From an uncultured virus (IMG/VR IMGVR_UViG_3300044717_000012) (lineage: Duplodnaviria; Heunggongvirae; Uroviricota; Caudoviricetes), in the IMG/VR virus record IMGVR_UViG_3300044717_000012: a DNA stretch of 64,000 nt. The stretch is one strand, 5' to 3'. A model generated the notes under the pieces. The model was not told the origin of the DNA. It did no database searches and worked only from the letters and a program-made list of their open reading frames with translations. Below are positions 35,901 through 45,088 of the stretch, one piece after another (the first letter of the stretch is position 1; every line of letters starts with the position of its first letter). The translations under genes and the position numbers were made by a program.

Positions 35901-38476
35901 GCGCCTGGCGGGGGTACGTCAGGCCCGTAGTTGGTCTGCCGGCGCCGCAACGGGCGGTGTTTGCCGTCCCGTTGGTGGATGGCCGCGTAGCCCAGCTCAG
36001 TCAGTTTGCGGCCGAACAGCGTAGAGCTGGGAGGGTTGGCCCGGGGTGCGACCTTGCGCAGCCAGTCAATAAACCAGATGAGCAGGTCGCTGACCCGTGT
36101 TCCGTGCTCGCACGGTTCCATCTCGGCATCGATCCACTGCCTGATCTGATCTTCCTCATTGGCGATGTCTTCCGCGCGCCAGCGGATCGCCTCAGGCGCA
36201 CTCCACTGCGCAGCCACACCCGGATCATCGAGCCAGCGAGCGGTACAGTGCATCAGCTTGGCCAGCACGCCCGGTGCCTCTGCCCGCCAGATCGCCGGGG
36301 TGATCGCAGCCCGCGCCCGGCCGACCTCATCAGGCTTGCCCTCGCACGGGATCAATCGCAGCCGGCGCCGCAACGCCTTGTCTTGAAATCCTGGTGTCTC
36401 CTCTGGGTTGCAGGTCAACATCAAGGTGTGCGAGGGATCGAAGTTCACCGGGTTACCGCGCATCGGGTTGCCGGTCAGCCGGGCTCCCCCGGTGAGCTGC
36501 TTGAGTTTGGACACTGCCCATTTGGCATCTCGTGGCCCCTCATCGATGAAGGCCAGCCGGACCCCCCGCAGGGCGTAGATGATCGAGGCATGCGCGTTGT
36601 CGGCCGCGCTGGTCAGCAGTCGGGGATCCGCCGCGATGGCATAGCTGCCCAGCACGGACATCACCAGCGCGGTAAACGCCGTCTTCCCCCGGCCGGTCTC
36701 CCCCCAGAGCAGCGGCATCACCGCGTCTGAGTAGCCGGTCAGGGCCACAGAGACCACGTGCAGCGCCCACTCCCGGATAGCCGGATCTGGCCACACGGCG
36801 GCCAGAAAGGCATCCCAGGCCGGCGTAGGGTGCTCGATGCCCAGCCCAGAGGGCGCCACGCCGGCTGAGTGCAGGTGCGGGGTGTCCGCGGGCAGGCTGG
36901 CCAGCGCGGGACGCTCGATGCAGCTGCGCAGCGCCCACGGCAGCCGACCAGCCCACATAATCTCGGGATCGGCATCGAGATCGGACAACCGGACCGTGCT
37001 CGATGCGCCAGAGGCCCGCACCAGCGCCCGCAGTTTGCTCGCTATCCCCGCTGACCCGCTGTTTTGCCCAAATCGTTTGCGCCGTGACGCGCGGTCCTGC
37101 GCCTCAGTGGATTCTGAGTCCGGGTCGCCGTGGGGCATCAGGTCGAACAGCTCCGTCAGTGCCCAGTCGGCCATATCGCCGGGCGCCATATCCCAGGAAT
37201 ACGGGCCACGGACCGCCCACGCACCCACATCGGTGGCGAACCGCAGCACCGGTTGGATCCGCTCTAGCGCTTGGGCAGCGAGCACCTGATCGAGATGCCC
37301 GCGGGGATCGAAGGCACCAGTGCCGATCAGCGCTCGCCTAGACCAGACAATGGGCGGTGCCGGCGCGGGGATATCGAGCACATCGGCATCACTGGCGTCA
37401 TCGAGCTCACCATCAGGGCCAGTCGTGTGGCTAGGCCGGCCCGGGACCGGCGGCGCGACGACGGTACCCATCAGGCATGGGTCATAGGCCACGGGCACCG
37501 GGCAGCCGGTGGCGCTGACTTCGGTTACTGCCTTGCACGCCGCGGAGCTGGCCATCCGCTCGAACTCATCGGCCCGGTGCTCGCCAGAGGTCAGGGCATC
37601 CCAGCGGGTGCGCAGGTCAGCCAGCACCTCGCCTGCGCCAGGGTGGCCGAACGCAGCCGCCCGGATCAGCTGGAAGATCCGACCGGTGGCGATGTCATGA
37701 CGGCTGCCCGCCGCTGCGTGGTCAAGCTCATCGGCCGCGGTCAGGGCGATGTTGGTGATGTCCGCGCACGGCGGCCGGTCATCATCGAGCAGAGCAGCGA
37801 GCAGCGCCGCGCCCTCCTGCATAGGTGCTGCCGGTGCGCTGGCCGCGCTGGCGCCTTCCGCGAGCCCGATCACCCAGGCGTTGGGCAGTAGCGCCAGCTC
37901 ATCGATCCACGGTGGCCGTTGCTCGCCCAGATCCCCGGGGGAATACCAGTAGTACTGCGCATTGTTGGCGTCCGGGTTGATCGAAGGCCACACCACGCAG
38001 TAGCGGTGGTGGCGCTGCAGGATTTCCACCGCGCCGTTGCGCGGGTCGCCCAGAGTGGTGGCGTAGCGCCCTGGCGGCACCCGGTAAAACAGCGTCCGGG
38101 AAGGGCCGGCGCCCGTGTTGGGATCCCCTCGCGCGGTGCTCGCCCAGGTGGGCGGCAGCGGTCCCCACTTGGCCTCATATTCGGTGATGGTGTCATTGCC
38201 CCGCTTGGCCACCACGGTGACCGTGCCATCGGGCAGCACCTTGGGCTTATCGTAATGATCGATATCGATACAGATCACGCCGGCCGGCAGCCGCAATGCG
38301 ATCGAGTCATCCGCGTGAGCTCGCTCCCATTTCGCCAGCACCTCAGGCGCTACCACATCGGTACCGTGATCACCCGTGTAGCCGGTAGGTGGCGGTGTCT
38401 TCGACCGGACCGGCACCGGCAGCACACACCGCCAGCCAGCTATCACATAGAATGATGCATATCCACCGTAAGCCAT
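32936..38476 (-). CDS. Fused bifunctional primase-polymerase + SF3 (P4/D5-like) helicase + 3'-5' exo-like + family A DNA polymerase
   Basis: Prim-Pol: KTPP.TGYTG, ICIDIDHY, YCVVWPS. SF3: GETGRGKT, LAFIDE, LKQLTGG, TCN, RRRL. PolA: ADIE, YAVSD, TGRFS..NLQNIP, DLSGVE, KNGVFAKLYG, VQGTAREI, VHDE. Confidence 0.9.
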   Translation of the reverse strand: MAYGGYASFYVIAGWRCVLPVPVRSKTPPPTGYTGDHGTDVVAPEVLAKWERAHADDSIALRLPAGVICIDIDHYDKPKVLPDGTVTVVAKRGNDTITEYEAKWGPLPPTWASTARGDPNTGAGPSRTLFYRVPPGRYATTLGDPRNGAVEILQRHHRYCVVWPSINPDANNAQYYWYSPGDLGEQRPPWIDELALLPNAWVIGLAEGASAASAPAAPMQEGAALLAALLDDDRPPCADITNIALTAADELDHAAAGSRHDIATGRIFQLIRAAAFGHPGAGEVLADLRTRWDALTSGEHRADEFERMASSAACKAVTEVSATGCPVPVAYDPCLMGTVVAPPVPGRPSHTTGPDGELDDASDADVLDIPAPAPPIVWSRRALIGTGAFDPRGHLDQVLAAQALERIQPVLRFATDVGAWAVRGPYSWDMAPGDMADWALTELFDLMPHGDPDSESTEAQDRASRRKRFGQNSGSAGIASKLRALVRASGASSTVRLSDLDADPEIMWAGRLPWALRSCIERPALASLPADTPHLHSAGVAPSGLGIEHPTPAWDAFLAAVWPDPAIREWALHVVSVALTGYSDAVMPLLWGETGRGKTAFTALVMSVLGSYAIAADPRLLTSAADNAHASIIYALRGVRLAFIDEGPRDAKWAVSKLKQLTGGARLTGNPMRGNPVNFDPSHTLMLTCNPEETPGFQDKALRRRLRLIPCEGKPDEVGRARAAITPAIWRAEAPGVLAKLMHCTARWLDDPGVAAQWSAPEAIRWRAEDIANEEDQIRQWIDAEMEPCEHGTRVSDLLIWFIDWLRKVAPRANPPSSTLFGRKLTELGYAAIHQRDGKHRPLRRRQTNYGPDVPPPGAPGPGQPIHAPLPPMPPLTVIQYDQRNAAPRSTGPSADAAPTTAPDGGSASPSDNPGDLPTSPTETIIGSPPVVPHEPTPGLKTEPQMRNCAQANETASADPRSPDSDRVCEKLSQTDGDGDLAASAELDRGHEQSNKRSSQDQTSEMSDSSTPCTTQSTSPAVHPPVTETRPDLVTGCNPSHDPSQTRHKINIPPTSSNSLIFDLCDGLTGFSSYGAVIKNEDQSPLMISEQIYGDKPGGNPSPVTGGDFEPVTSNNGCDGIFSQPVTEPAASPAPIAACEPLAQMDEDSATARLADLRAQRTQLNRLIKKTSEADPLHGVYTYTVGQLAGEIKQVEVMIRGHRAAAKRAAAVAAAGGDLLELPVIKLRGQPARSCSIDEAAAALRATMAARAGRVTADIESNAYPIGHPDYGVRTLQLGDKITGTDWDVTDPVQFAVCTLLLSEATEIEAYSASVEISNLAYIGMIDYRSGWLRARDVVIQSQLHNPVGTESHDDGLKAQSRLHLPDPVSPAADARRAALFKAGGWLTDTKVKGSAGRDDDSGGWVDRSRSGWANADPRYRTSIDYAVSDIHDTAALGEALPMPAPAVYAREVAVQAAVGAVSYVGIALDRDHIETKIAEHSPQRAAAVARLAEFGILNPSSNDQVAVELLRRGAVVGDGPGQIPLTEKARKPSVKADVLDRLPRTVDLAPVVDALLTYRHHQRVLSTYLKPYYLLCTQGDGRMRSTVYTLQADTGRFSCVHENLQNIPTHGGIRECYVCDPGDLFIDADLSGVEVAVLAALSQDEVLLELVASGRKLHKIIAEQVYGSGYTPRQYGYVKNGVFAKLYGAGIQRIASTVGCSDEEATEMVRALDDLAPHAKRWGYDLRNRAKAGMQRIQLYSGRVLHLPSATPHKIVNYYVQGTAREILVDGLLRWRQTKWGDYGIIVPVHDEILATVPAAEADEAMAALGQCMASELYGVRIGAEPKWINPSDRWLSNDHPLAKG
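35097..35402. repeat. Iteron-like GTGACGGG/CCCGTCAC cluster around AT-rich core (candidate replication origin)
   Basis: Copies at 35117, 35163, 35170, 35276, 35333, 35344, 35356, 35370, variants at 35097, 35268; palindrome 35356-35377. Confidence 0.75.
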
Positions 38477-38844
38477 TATGCACCCACACTTATCCCGGTT
38501 AGTAATGCTGCGGTTGTGTCATATGTCTCCCATTGCAGGGCTATTCCGGTGCCCTGGCAGATAGGACAGATCCGGCTACGTCCACCACGTCTCTTTAATT
38601 GTCTTTCGAGAAAACGGTCACCATCCCACACCCGGGCCAGTTGCCATTCGATACCAGCATCATTGATGACCCGCACCAACCGCGAGCCATTGCCATTCTT
38701 GTGCGCGGTCAGCCGGGCGATGAGATCTTTTGACCAGCCCAGGTAATGTTTCGCACACTGGTATTTTTTGCCTGGATGCTGGATTGCCACGTAGGGAACT
38801 GTGAAATGCAAAAGGTATACCTGCCCTGGCACGTGTGACTGCAT
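38476..38844 (-). CDS. GIY-YIG-like endonuclease
   Basis: VYLLHF...HYLGWS..L.ARL.AH..G.G.RL...LERQLK. Confidence 0.75.
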   Translation of the reverse strand: MQSHVPGQVYLLHFTVPYVAIQHPGKKYQCAKHYLGWSKDLIARLTAHKNGNGSRLVRVINDAGIEWQLARVWDGDRFLERQLKRRGGRSRICPICQGTGIALQWETYDTTAALLTGISVGA

Positions 38845-38890
38845 TAGTAACCACCTACCCCGTATGTGTATGCCGAATCGTGCCAGTTCT

Positions 38891-39106
38891 TTAGATTATG
38901 GTCCTACATGATTTCGATTGTGCCGGGCCGCCGTTTTCCCAGGTGTGCCGTGGTGTCAACTGCAACCCCCGCCATGCGTGCTTAGCATCTTCCACGGTGC
39001 GAAATAGCCCGCATGTACTGCCGTTGACAACCAATTTGTATTGCGAGGATCCGGTCCATTCGTCCACATAAACGCTTTCGTCATCAGTCAAAAAGATGCG
39101 GGCCAT
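38891..39106 (-). CDS. Hypothetical protein
   Basis: SD AGGAGG. Confidence 0.55.
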   Translation of the reverse strand: MARIFLTDDESVYVDEWTGSSQYKLVVNGSTCGLFRTVEDAKHAWRGLQLTPRHTWENGGPAQSKSCRTII

Positions 39107-39399
39107 TTCGTCACCTCCTACCGTTATCTATTCTCGTCACACATCGTATTCCAGTCGAGCTCGGCAGATTCGATTGCTTCCCCCTCTGTGTAACCATCAG
39201 GTGTGTCCATTTTTGTCACCTCCTAAAATCCCATCCAGCAGTATCCGAGTAGTATCCCTAATACAACTAATGCCGCTATGGTCATAGCGTCACCTCTTGC
39301 GTAATCTGGTGTAAAGCATGTTGATCGGGCCGGCTACCCACGAGTACACCGCTGCCAGCGTGTACACGACGTTGATAAGGAATGCCCGCAGACGCGCCA

Positions 39400-40245
39400 T
39401 CACATCCCCCATCTATCGCGCGGTACCCAGTCTGGCCATCCGACATCAGCTTGTGCAGTCGGCAGCACGTCCGGGCTTAGTTTGATTGTTTTTCTCATGG
39501 CGTTGCTCTGGGCATCTGTCACCGCATGATCGGATTTCCCAAGAGCCTGCAGCACCCGGCCGGCGGCAGCGTGTACGTCACCATCAGCGTAGGTGCGCGA
39601 GTACATCGCCACGGTGGTCAGGTCATCAGCGGTAGCACCACCTGAACGGCATTGGACCTGTTTTTCAATCGGTATACGCTGATCTATGCAGGAATCGGTG
39701 TGCCAAATTGGTTCGTCCTCACCCGGCCGGATGCAATCACAGATCATCACATCAAGTGGGAAAATAGGCATTTCAAGATCCCAGGCTGTACGGGTTTCCA
39801 GCCGGGCACCTCTGGATTTTTCCCAGCCCGGCAGCATCACCAATGCGTCACACCACAACATTGCGTGCAGGTCACGTTTCATTGCGCCTTGCCAACCCAA
39901 CATGATGAGATTGCCGTACTCAGCTGGATTGATCACCACGTGACCGCATGCCCGCAGCGCAGCGGCAGCCTCGTGGAATGCCGGGTGATTGTGATCAGGG
40001 TATCCTGCCATTGGACCGGCGAGATAACACACGTTGATTGTATGTTTCATAGTATCGGGAGTCATTTTTCTGATGATCCTTCCCTGCGCACGTTGACCAC
40101 ATGAACAGTAAACACAACGGCCGATTTGCTTACGTGTATGTTGGTTGTGCCGGTTGGTGCCGGTGAGTATGTCATTTAAGTCTTGCAAATGGGCACGAAC
40201 AAGAGCGACCTGCTCAGGCGTAGGTACACTCCAGTTAGTGCTCAT
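39400..40245 (-). CDS. DUF4406 / nucleoside 2-deoxyribosyltransferase-like domain protein
   Basis: YLAGPM.G....N.PAF..AA..LR..G..V.NPA...CDA.VMLPGWEKSRGA.LE. Confidence 0.8.
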   Translation of the reverse strand: MSTNWSVPTPEQVALVRAHLQDLNDILTGTNRHNQHTRKQIGRCVYCSCGQRAQGRIIRKMTPDTMKHTINVCYLAGPMAGYPDHNHPAFHEAAAALRACGHVVINPAEYGNLIMLGWQGAMKRDLHAMLWCDALVMLPGWEKSRGARLETRTAWDLEMPIFPLDVMICDCIRPGEDEPIWHTDSCIDQRIPIEKQVQCRSGGATADDLTTVAMYSRTYADGDVHAAAGRVLQALGKSDHAVTDAQSNAMRKTIKLSPDVLPTAQADVGWPDWVPRDRWGM

Positions 40246-40643
40246 AGTCTTTTGCCCCCATGCCGGTATTCACGGGTGCGGTTGTACGCTGTCTTTCGGT
40301 CGTATTCGGCTTGTAGATCGATGCCGTGCACGTAGCAGTAATGCATAAGTCGGATAAAGATGTCTGCGAATTCTGACCCGACACCCTCAGGCTTGCCGTC
40401 TTTGCCTTCCCAGGCCTCGAATCCGCGTTTGCGGTATGCCTCGAATGCCTCGCTGGCCTCTGTGTGAATCAGTGCAATCTCATCACCAAAGGTGCGGGTA
40501 TGTGCGTCTTCCTCCCATCCTTTTGAGACGGCCACCTCATACGACTCTATAGTCAGATCAGCCAGGTAGTGACCCCGCGTGCTCTCGATGGCTTTTTTGA
40601 CAGCCTCTGAGATGTCCTGCTGAGTGGCGGTGAAATAGCTCAT
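40242..40643 (-). CDS. MazG-like nucleotide pyrophosphohydrolase
   Basis: IALIHTEASEAFEAYR...SEFADIFIRL...K..YN.TR.YRHGGK. Confidence 0.85.
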   Translation of the reverse strand: MSYFTATQQDISEAVKKAIESTRGHYLADLTIESYEVAVSKGWEEDAHTRTFGDEIALIHTEASEAFEAYRKRGFEAWEGKDGKPEGVGSEFADIFIRLMHYCYVHGIDLQAEYDRKTAYNRTREYRHGGKRL

Positions 40644-41272
40644 GATTGCGTAGCCCTTTCAATGATTGTTCGGATATCCTCTGTGGGTGGGCGGTAGTTG
40701 ACACCCTTGGTGACTTTGTTGTCCTCGCGCAGCGCGGGACTGCCATCAGCATTGGTGCGCGTGAGCAGTGACCGGTACAACGCCCGCAGCACTTCATCGA
40801 GCGGGATACCCAGGCTGTGTGCCGTGCCATAGGCCACCCACACCACATCGGCCAGCTCGTGCGCCACCGCGGTCAACCAATCGACCACACCGGTACCGCC
40901 TGGGGCATTCGACTCCAGTGCCTCGATGAGCTCGGCATGTTCGCTGTTGTGCAAGTTGATGCGCAGACTGCAATCCCCGGTGCCCTCCCCGAAACGTTCG
41001 TCATAGGCCCACCCATGGAAATATGCCACAAGATGAGCTGGGCTCATTGCGCGCTGCACTCGCGGCTCTGGTCGGGGATGTTCGGCACCCATGCCCCCGC
41101 ATAATGACGGCAAAACACTAGGCGTTGCTTCCCAATTTTGGCCACGGATATTGCTCATATTGATGTCCTGTAATGTTGGGCAATCAGGATTGTGGGTAGC
41201 GTTGACACATGCGTTGCACCCGCGGCAGTGTTTGCTCCAATGCGCATTGCAGGTGCCACACATGGATGTCAC
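40640..41272 (-). CDS. MazG/PRA-PH-like (all-alpha) NTP pyrophosphatase
   Basis: LR..L..SEHAEL.EA...HELADVVWVAYG.A..LGIPLD...RED.KV.KG.NY.PP. Confidence 0.8.
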   Translation of the reverse strand: MTSMCGTCNAHWSKHCRGCNACVNATHNPDCPTLQDINMSNIRGQNWEATPSVLPSLCGGMGAEHPRPEPRVQRAMSPAHLVAYFHGWAYDERFGEGTGDCSLRINLHNSEHAELIEALESNAPGGTGVVDWLTAVAHELADVVWVAYGTAHSLGIPLDEVLRALYRSLLTRTNADGSPALREDNKVTKGVNYRPPTEDIRTIIERATQS

Positions 41273-41778
41273 GGGGCCACCGCCGCGAGCTTGTGCCGCT
41301 TGCTCAGCGGGTCGGGCACGCCGGCATCGTGGGTGGCGCAGTACAGCGCCTGCTTGGCCCCATCCCGGGCGTGAGTCATGCCCTTGACCAGCATGTGCAG
41401 CCCGGCGCGCTCTAGGCGTTCCTCCATGCCCCAGGGCTTGACCGCAGACGCTTGGTGGTGGCGCAGCACGATGCGGTTGTCGCTGTAGGCCAGCGTCTGC
41501 AGAGCTCCACAGAACCGCGCGGTGGCAGCGCTGGCAGCTGGCGTGCTCACCTTGGCCGATCGTGCACCCATCACGAAAGGCTCATAGGACAGATAGATGC
41601 GCTTGACATCCCCCGGGATAATGGTCTGGATACACGCTATTGCGACGTTAAGCGTGCACTGAATGATGGCCGGTGCCGCGGTGCGCACCCGCTGCGGTGA
41701 GTAGCGCAGACCGACAATGCCAGGACGCGGGCCAGGATCAACTCCGATCACCACGATATCCTCAACTGAGATGGTCAC
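41269..41778 (-). CDS. RuvC-like Holliday junction resolvase
   Basis: VIGVDPG...YE.F...HARDG.KQAL. Confidence 0.75.
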   Translation of the reverse strand: MTISVEDIVVIGVDPGPRPGIVGLRYSPQRVRTAAPAIIQCTLNVAIACIQTIIPGDVKRIYLSYEPFVMGARSAKVSTPAASAATARFCGALQTLAYSDNRIVLRHHQASAVKPWGMEERLERAGLHMLVKGMTHARDGAKQALYCATHDAGVPDPLSKRHKLAAVAP

Positions 41779-41969
41779 TTGATGCCTCCCAGCGCGCGTA
41801 ATTGTTGCTCACAGACCGAACAGCAAGTAGGCCCGGCAACGCGCTCTTTGCTGATCGTGCCGGTCGGTGTCCAACCCCCGCACAATGATTGGCCCGCTGT
41901 GAAGTAATGCGCTTTGCGCGCGGTCAGCGGCCAGCTCCATCCGCTTTTTTCAGTGGCCGTGGTCATCAC
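41775..41969 (-). CDS. Small Zn-binding hypothetical protein
   Basis: GW.WP..ARKAHYF..G.SLCG.W...C.VC. Confidence 0.65.
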   Translation of the reverse strand: MMTTATEKSGWSWPLTARKAHYFTAGQSLCGGWTPTGTISKERVAGPTCCSVCEQQLRALGGIK

Positions 41970-42670
41970 CTGCTGATACCCCCGTTAGCCCGTTCGTCCT
42001 CAGTCTTGGGCAGCCACGGAGGGCGCACAGAGGTATAACCGCGGAGCTTGCTAGCCCGGGCGTAACCCACCTCGATAACCCCGGCCTCTACTAGCGCGTC
42101 TAAGAGCTTGGTGTAAGCCTCCCAGGGCACATCACAGTCAATGTAGAGATGCCAGTGCCCGGGAGTGCTGGACGGCAACAACTTGGCTGGCAGATCGATA
42201 TCGAGCGCCACTTTGTGCATGCCCGGCTTACCCGCCACCTCAGAGGTGAGGATGTTAGCCTCATCCACGGGGCATACTTCTGTTTTATTGACGGATGCAT
42301 CCCATTCGGGATCAGCGTCATGCAGACTGTACGGCGCGCGGCCGGGCCGGTTTAGCACGGGTGCTTTGCGTGGCGTGAGCTCAGGCAGCGGCAGGGGATG
42401 AGTTGTCACCCACTGCATTTTCTCGGAATCCCACGCGTATTTAGGTGGTTCAGGGTAAGGAATGTGCAGGGTGTACAACGGCGGTGGTGGCATCGGGGGT
42501 TCCGGTATTGCGGGTAGGTTGTCAGCGTCACTGGGTGCGTGGATGAGCGGCAGGAATGGGTTGTATTCCCATGCACTAGTTGGGGGCCTCAGAGCCGATT
42601 GTGGCAGTGGCAGCGGTGGCGGTTCCGGGTACGGTTCCCAGCGGAAATGAGCATCAGATGAGGTGGTCAC
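41966..42670 (-). CDS. Hypothetical protein, Pro-rich N-terminus
   Basis: Globular C-domain H...LDID..A.L.PSSTPGH.HLYID. Confidence 0.7.
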   Translation of the reverse strand: MTTSSDAHFRWEPYPEPPPLPLPQSALRPPTSAWEYNPFLPLIHAPSDADNLPAIPEPPMPPPPLYTLHIPYPEPPKYAWDSEKMQWVTTHPLPLPELTPRKAPVLNRPGRAPYSLHDADPEWDASVNKTEVCPVDEANILTSEVAGKPGMHKVALDIDLPAKLLPSSTPGHWHLYIDCDVPWEAYTKLLDALVEAGVIEVGYARASKLRGYTSVRPPWLPKTEDERANGGISR

Positions 42671-42856
42671 AGTGGCGAGTCCTTTGGTCTAGGAACATCT
42701 GGCAGACGGTGCACCGGCAGTTGATAGGCCGGTGGGCTAGGTGGAGAATGACAATTTGCATCTCCAGTGTGGATTGTTCGGTATCACCTATGACGGTGAT
42801 TGGTGCGGCTGCAGTGGTCATGATTCCCTATCCCGATCGGTGCTGTAGGTGATTTT

Positions 42857-43189
42857 CTACGTGTTCTGTATCTGTCTCTGGTCGTATTCGGGTGGTAGTT
42901 GAGTCGCGTACGTGGGAATCATCGCGCAGATGCTGGCATTGTCTCCCCGGTGTGGCCCGCCATCGGGGGTACCCGTGAAGTTTTCCGCTCGCCATTCCTC
43001 GAAACGCTCCGCGAGTTTGCGGATCTGCCCGCAGTACTCAGGATCCATCCCGTGCTGATACTGGGCAACATCTGCATAGGCACGTAATGCGTGCGGCGCC
43101 GCGGGATCTGATGCACCGATCACGAACCATGGCCAGCTGGGTACGGATCCGTCCCGGCGCCTTACCAGGAATTTGTTAAATAGCCTCAT
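42857..43189 (-). CDS. Conserved phage hypothetical protein
   Basis: KFLV.RRDG...FV.GA.DP.A..ALRAYA. Confidence 0.7.
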   Translation of the reverse strand: MRLFNKFLVRRRDGSVPSWPWFVIGASDPAAPHALRAYADVAQYQHGMDPEYCGQIRKLAERFEEWRAENFTGTPDGGPHRGDNASICAMIPTYATQLPPEYDQRQIQNT

Positions 43190-45078
43190 GCTGCTTTGAC
43201 CTTTCCTCCGAATAGTTGACGGACAATGCGGGGATCTGCCAGGTACTGTGAGAGTTGTGCGGCCTTTCCGTGGAGTATTTCGCGGATGCGGTTATCGACA
43301 CTGTTTTCCGCCACGAGATCAACAATGTCGAGAGTGGGATACCGCTCACCCACGCCGCGATCCTCTGCCTGAGTAGAATCCACAAACGAGTACGGGCGCT
43401 GTAAGAAGATCTCCGTGCCGGCTGCATTGAGCGTGAGGCCCGTACCGCCGGCCTGAACGACCACGCACAGCAGATCGAGCTTGCCGGCTTGGAATGCGTC
43501 CACATCAGCATCACGCACCCGGGTGGTCTGGCCGCCCACCACGTAGCCCACGCGGGCGCCCTGGCGCGCTGCCTCCTGCCCCGCAATGAGCATCAGCGGC
43601 TTGGATATGCCGAACGCGATAGCCGGCCACTCCAGCTCAGCCAGCACATCGATCATGGCGTCTACTTTCCAGCTGGGCAGCCGCGGTGTCAGGTGCTGGT
43701 GCTCGATGTCATCGCCGGTTTCCTCATCCTGTGTGTAGGTAACCGACAGATCGCAAGCCGATGCGGATAACTGTTGCAGCCGCTGGATCTTGGTGATAGT
43801 GGACATCACGGTGACCTCATCACCGTTGTCCAGCTCCGCGATCATCTTGTTTTCCATATCTTTGTACATCTTGAGATATGGCTGCGGGATCGGCACCATG
43901 CGCGTGCTGTAGGTTTTGCTGCTCAGCCATTCCGCCACGTCCTCGCGAGCCCGGCGCAACTGCCGGCCCAGAAAACACGTGCGCATCTCAGCCTCACGCA
44001 GCGGGTTGATACCGGTGATTTTGGTGCCGTAATCCAGTGACTTTTGAGTGCACCACCGCGTGACAATGCGCTCTCTGGCCGGGAATGCCGGCGGCTCGAA
44101 TACCTCCAAAGTCGGCTGCATATTGGAAATGTTGTGATTGAAAGGCGTACCTGACAGCGGGATAAAGATGCGAGCCTGGCGGGCCAGCCGCTGCGTTGCC
44201 CGGGTTTGCTGAGCATCAGGATTGCCCAGCCAGTGATACTCATCCGCGATCACCGTTGGTGCTTTGATCCGGGCCAGTGGGGAGTCACCCAGGTTGGCCC
44301 CGGCCTTGGCATCGCGACGCGCAACGGCGTAGCTGGCTACGTAGACGTCATAGGCACCGACCCACTCGCGGCGCTGATCTTTGTTGCCGCCGCGCCAGGC
44401 TATGACGCGCCAGTGCGGAGCCCAGAGCTCGAAGGCCCGCACCCACGCGGTGACCACCGATGCCGGGCACACCACCACGCACGGCGTGACGTCCCCATAG
44501 ACCGGCCAGCAGGCCCGCTCAGCGAGGCCCACAATCGCGCTGATGGTTTTGCCCAGCCGCGGGGCATCTTCCAGCAGGCAGCCCATATGAGCCACCTGGC
44601 GCACCGCCAGCGGCTGCCACGGACGCAGCTCTAGGCCCGCCGGCAGCTGGTAGCGCAGCGGCTTGTCAATCCATTGGGTGCGCCGCGCGAGCTCCCCGAA
44701 AAACCACGTCTGCAGCCGGTTGCCTGCCGACCAGTTCGAGCCGAACGCACACGACAGCTGAATGATGGTCGGCCAAGTCAGCGGTGTGGTCAGAGTCAGG
44801 CCATCCTCTGCTGGCTTGATCTTAGCGGTGAACTCGGCCAGCTCATCAAATGCTTTCTCACATGACCACGGATCACCGCTCACTACCAGCACGATGCTGC
44901 GACCATCCGCCGTGAGCTCACCAAACACAGTGGCCGGCTGCACTCGCGGATTTCGGCTCGCCAGTCCAAAACTGATACCGGGCAGTGGTGCTGGCCGAAA
45001 TCCAGCCCGGTTGAAAGATGGCCGGGGCAACGCGGGTGGCAGTGGTGGTGCATCCGCGGGTACCCAGTTGAGTGGCAT
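43186..45078 (-). CDS. SNF2-family helicase
   Basis: LRPWQ, DAPRLGKT, VVCPASV..W, DEYH, LSGTP, GGTGLTL, QAEDR. Confidence 0.88.
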   Translation of the reverse strand: MPLNWVPADAPPLPPALPRPSFNRAGFRPAPLPGISFGLASRNPRVQPATVFGELTADGRSIVLVVSGDPWSCEKAFDELAEFTAKIKPAEDGLTLTTPLTWPTIIQLSCAFGSNWSAGNRLQTWFFGELARRTQWIDKPLRYQLPAGLELRPWQPLAVRQVAHMGCLLEDAPRLGKTISAIVGLAERACWPVYGDVTPCVVVCPASVVTAWVRAFELWAPHWRVIAWRGGNKDQRREWVGAYDVYVASYAVARRDAKAGANLGDSPLARIKAPTVIADEYHWLGNPDAQQTRATQRLARQARIFIPLSGTPFNHNISNMQPTLEVFEPPAFPARERIVTRWCTQKSLDYGTKITGINPLREAEMRTCFLGRQLRRAREDVAEWLSSKTYSTRMVPIPQPYLKMYKDMENKMIAELDNGDEVTVMSTITKIQRLQQLSASACDLSVTYTQDEETGDDIEHQHLTPRLPSWKVDAMIDVLAELEWPAIAFGISKPLMLIAGQEAARQGARVGYVVGGQTTRVRDADVDAFQAGKLDLLCVVVQAGGTGLTLNAAGTEIFLQRPYSFVDSTQAEDRGVGERYPTLDIVDLVAENSVDNRIREILHGKAAQLSQYLADPRIVRQLFGGKVKAA

Positions 45079-45088
45079 CAGTGCGGGC

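Noticed and set aside
35828..38455. Long plus-strand ORFs opposite the replicase (also those opposite capsid, TMP and helicases)
   Set aside because: Shadow ORFs expected in GC-rich coding DNA
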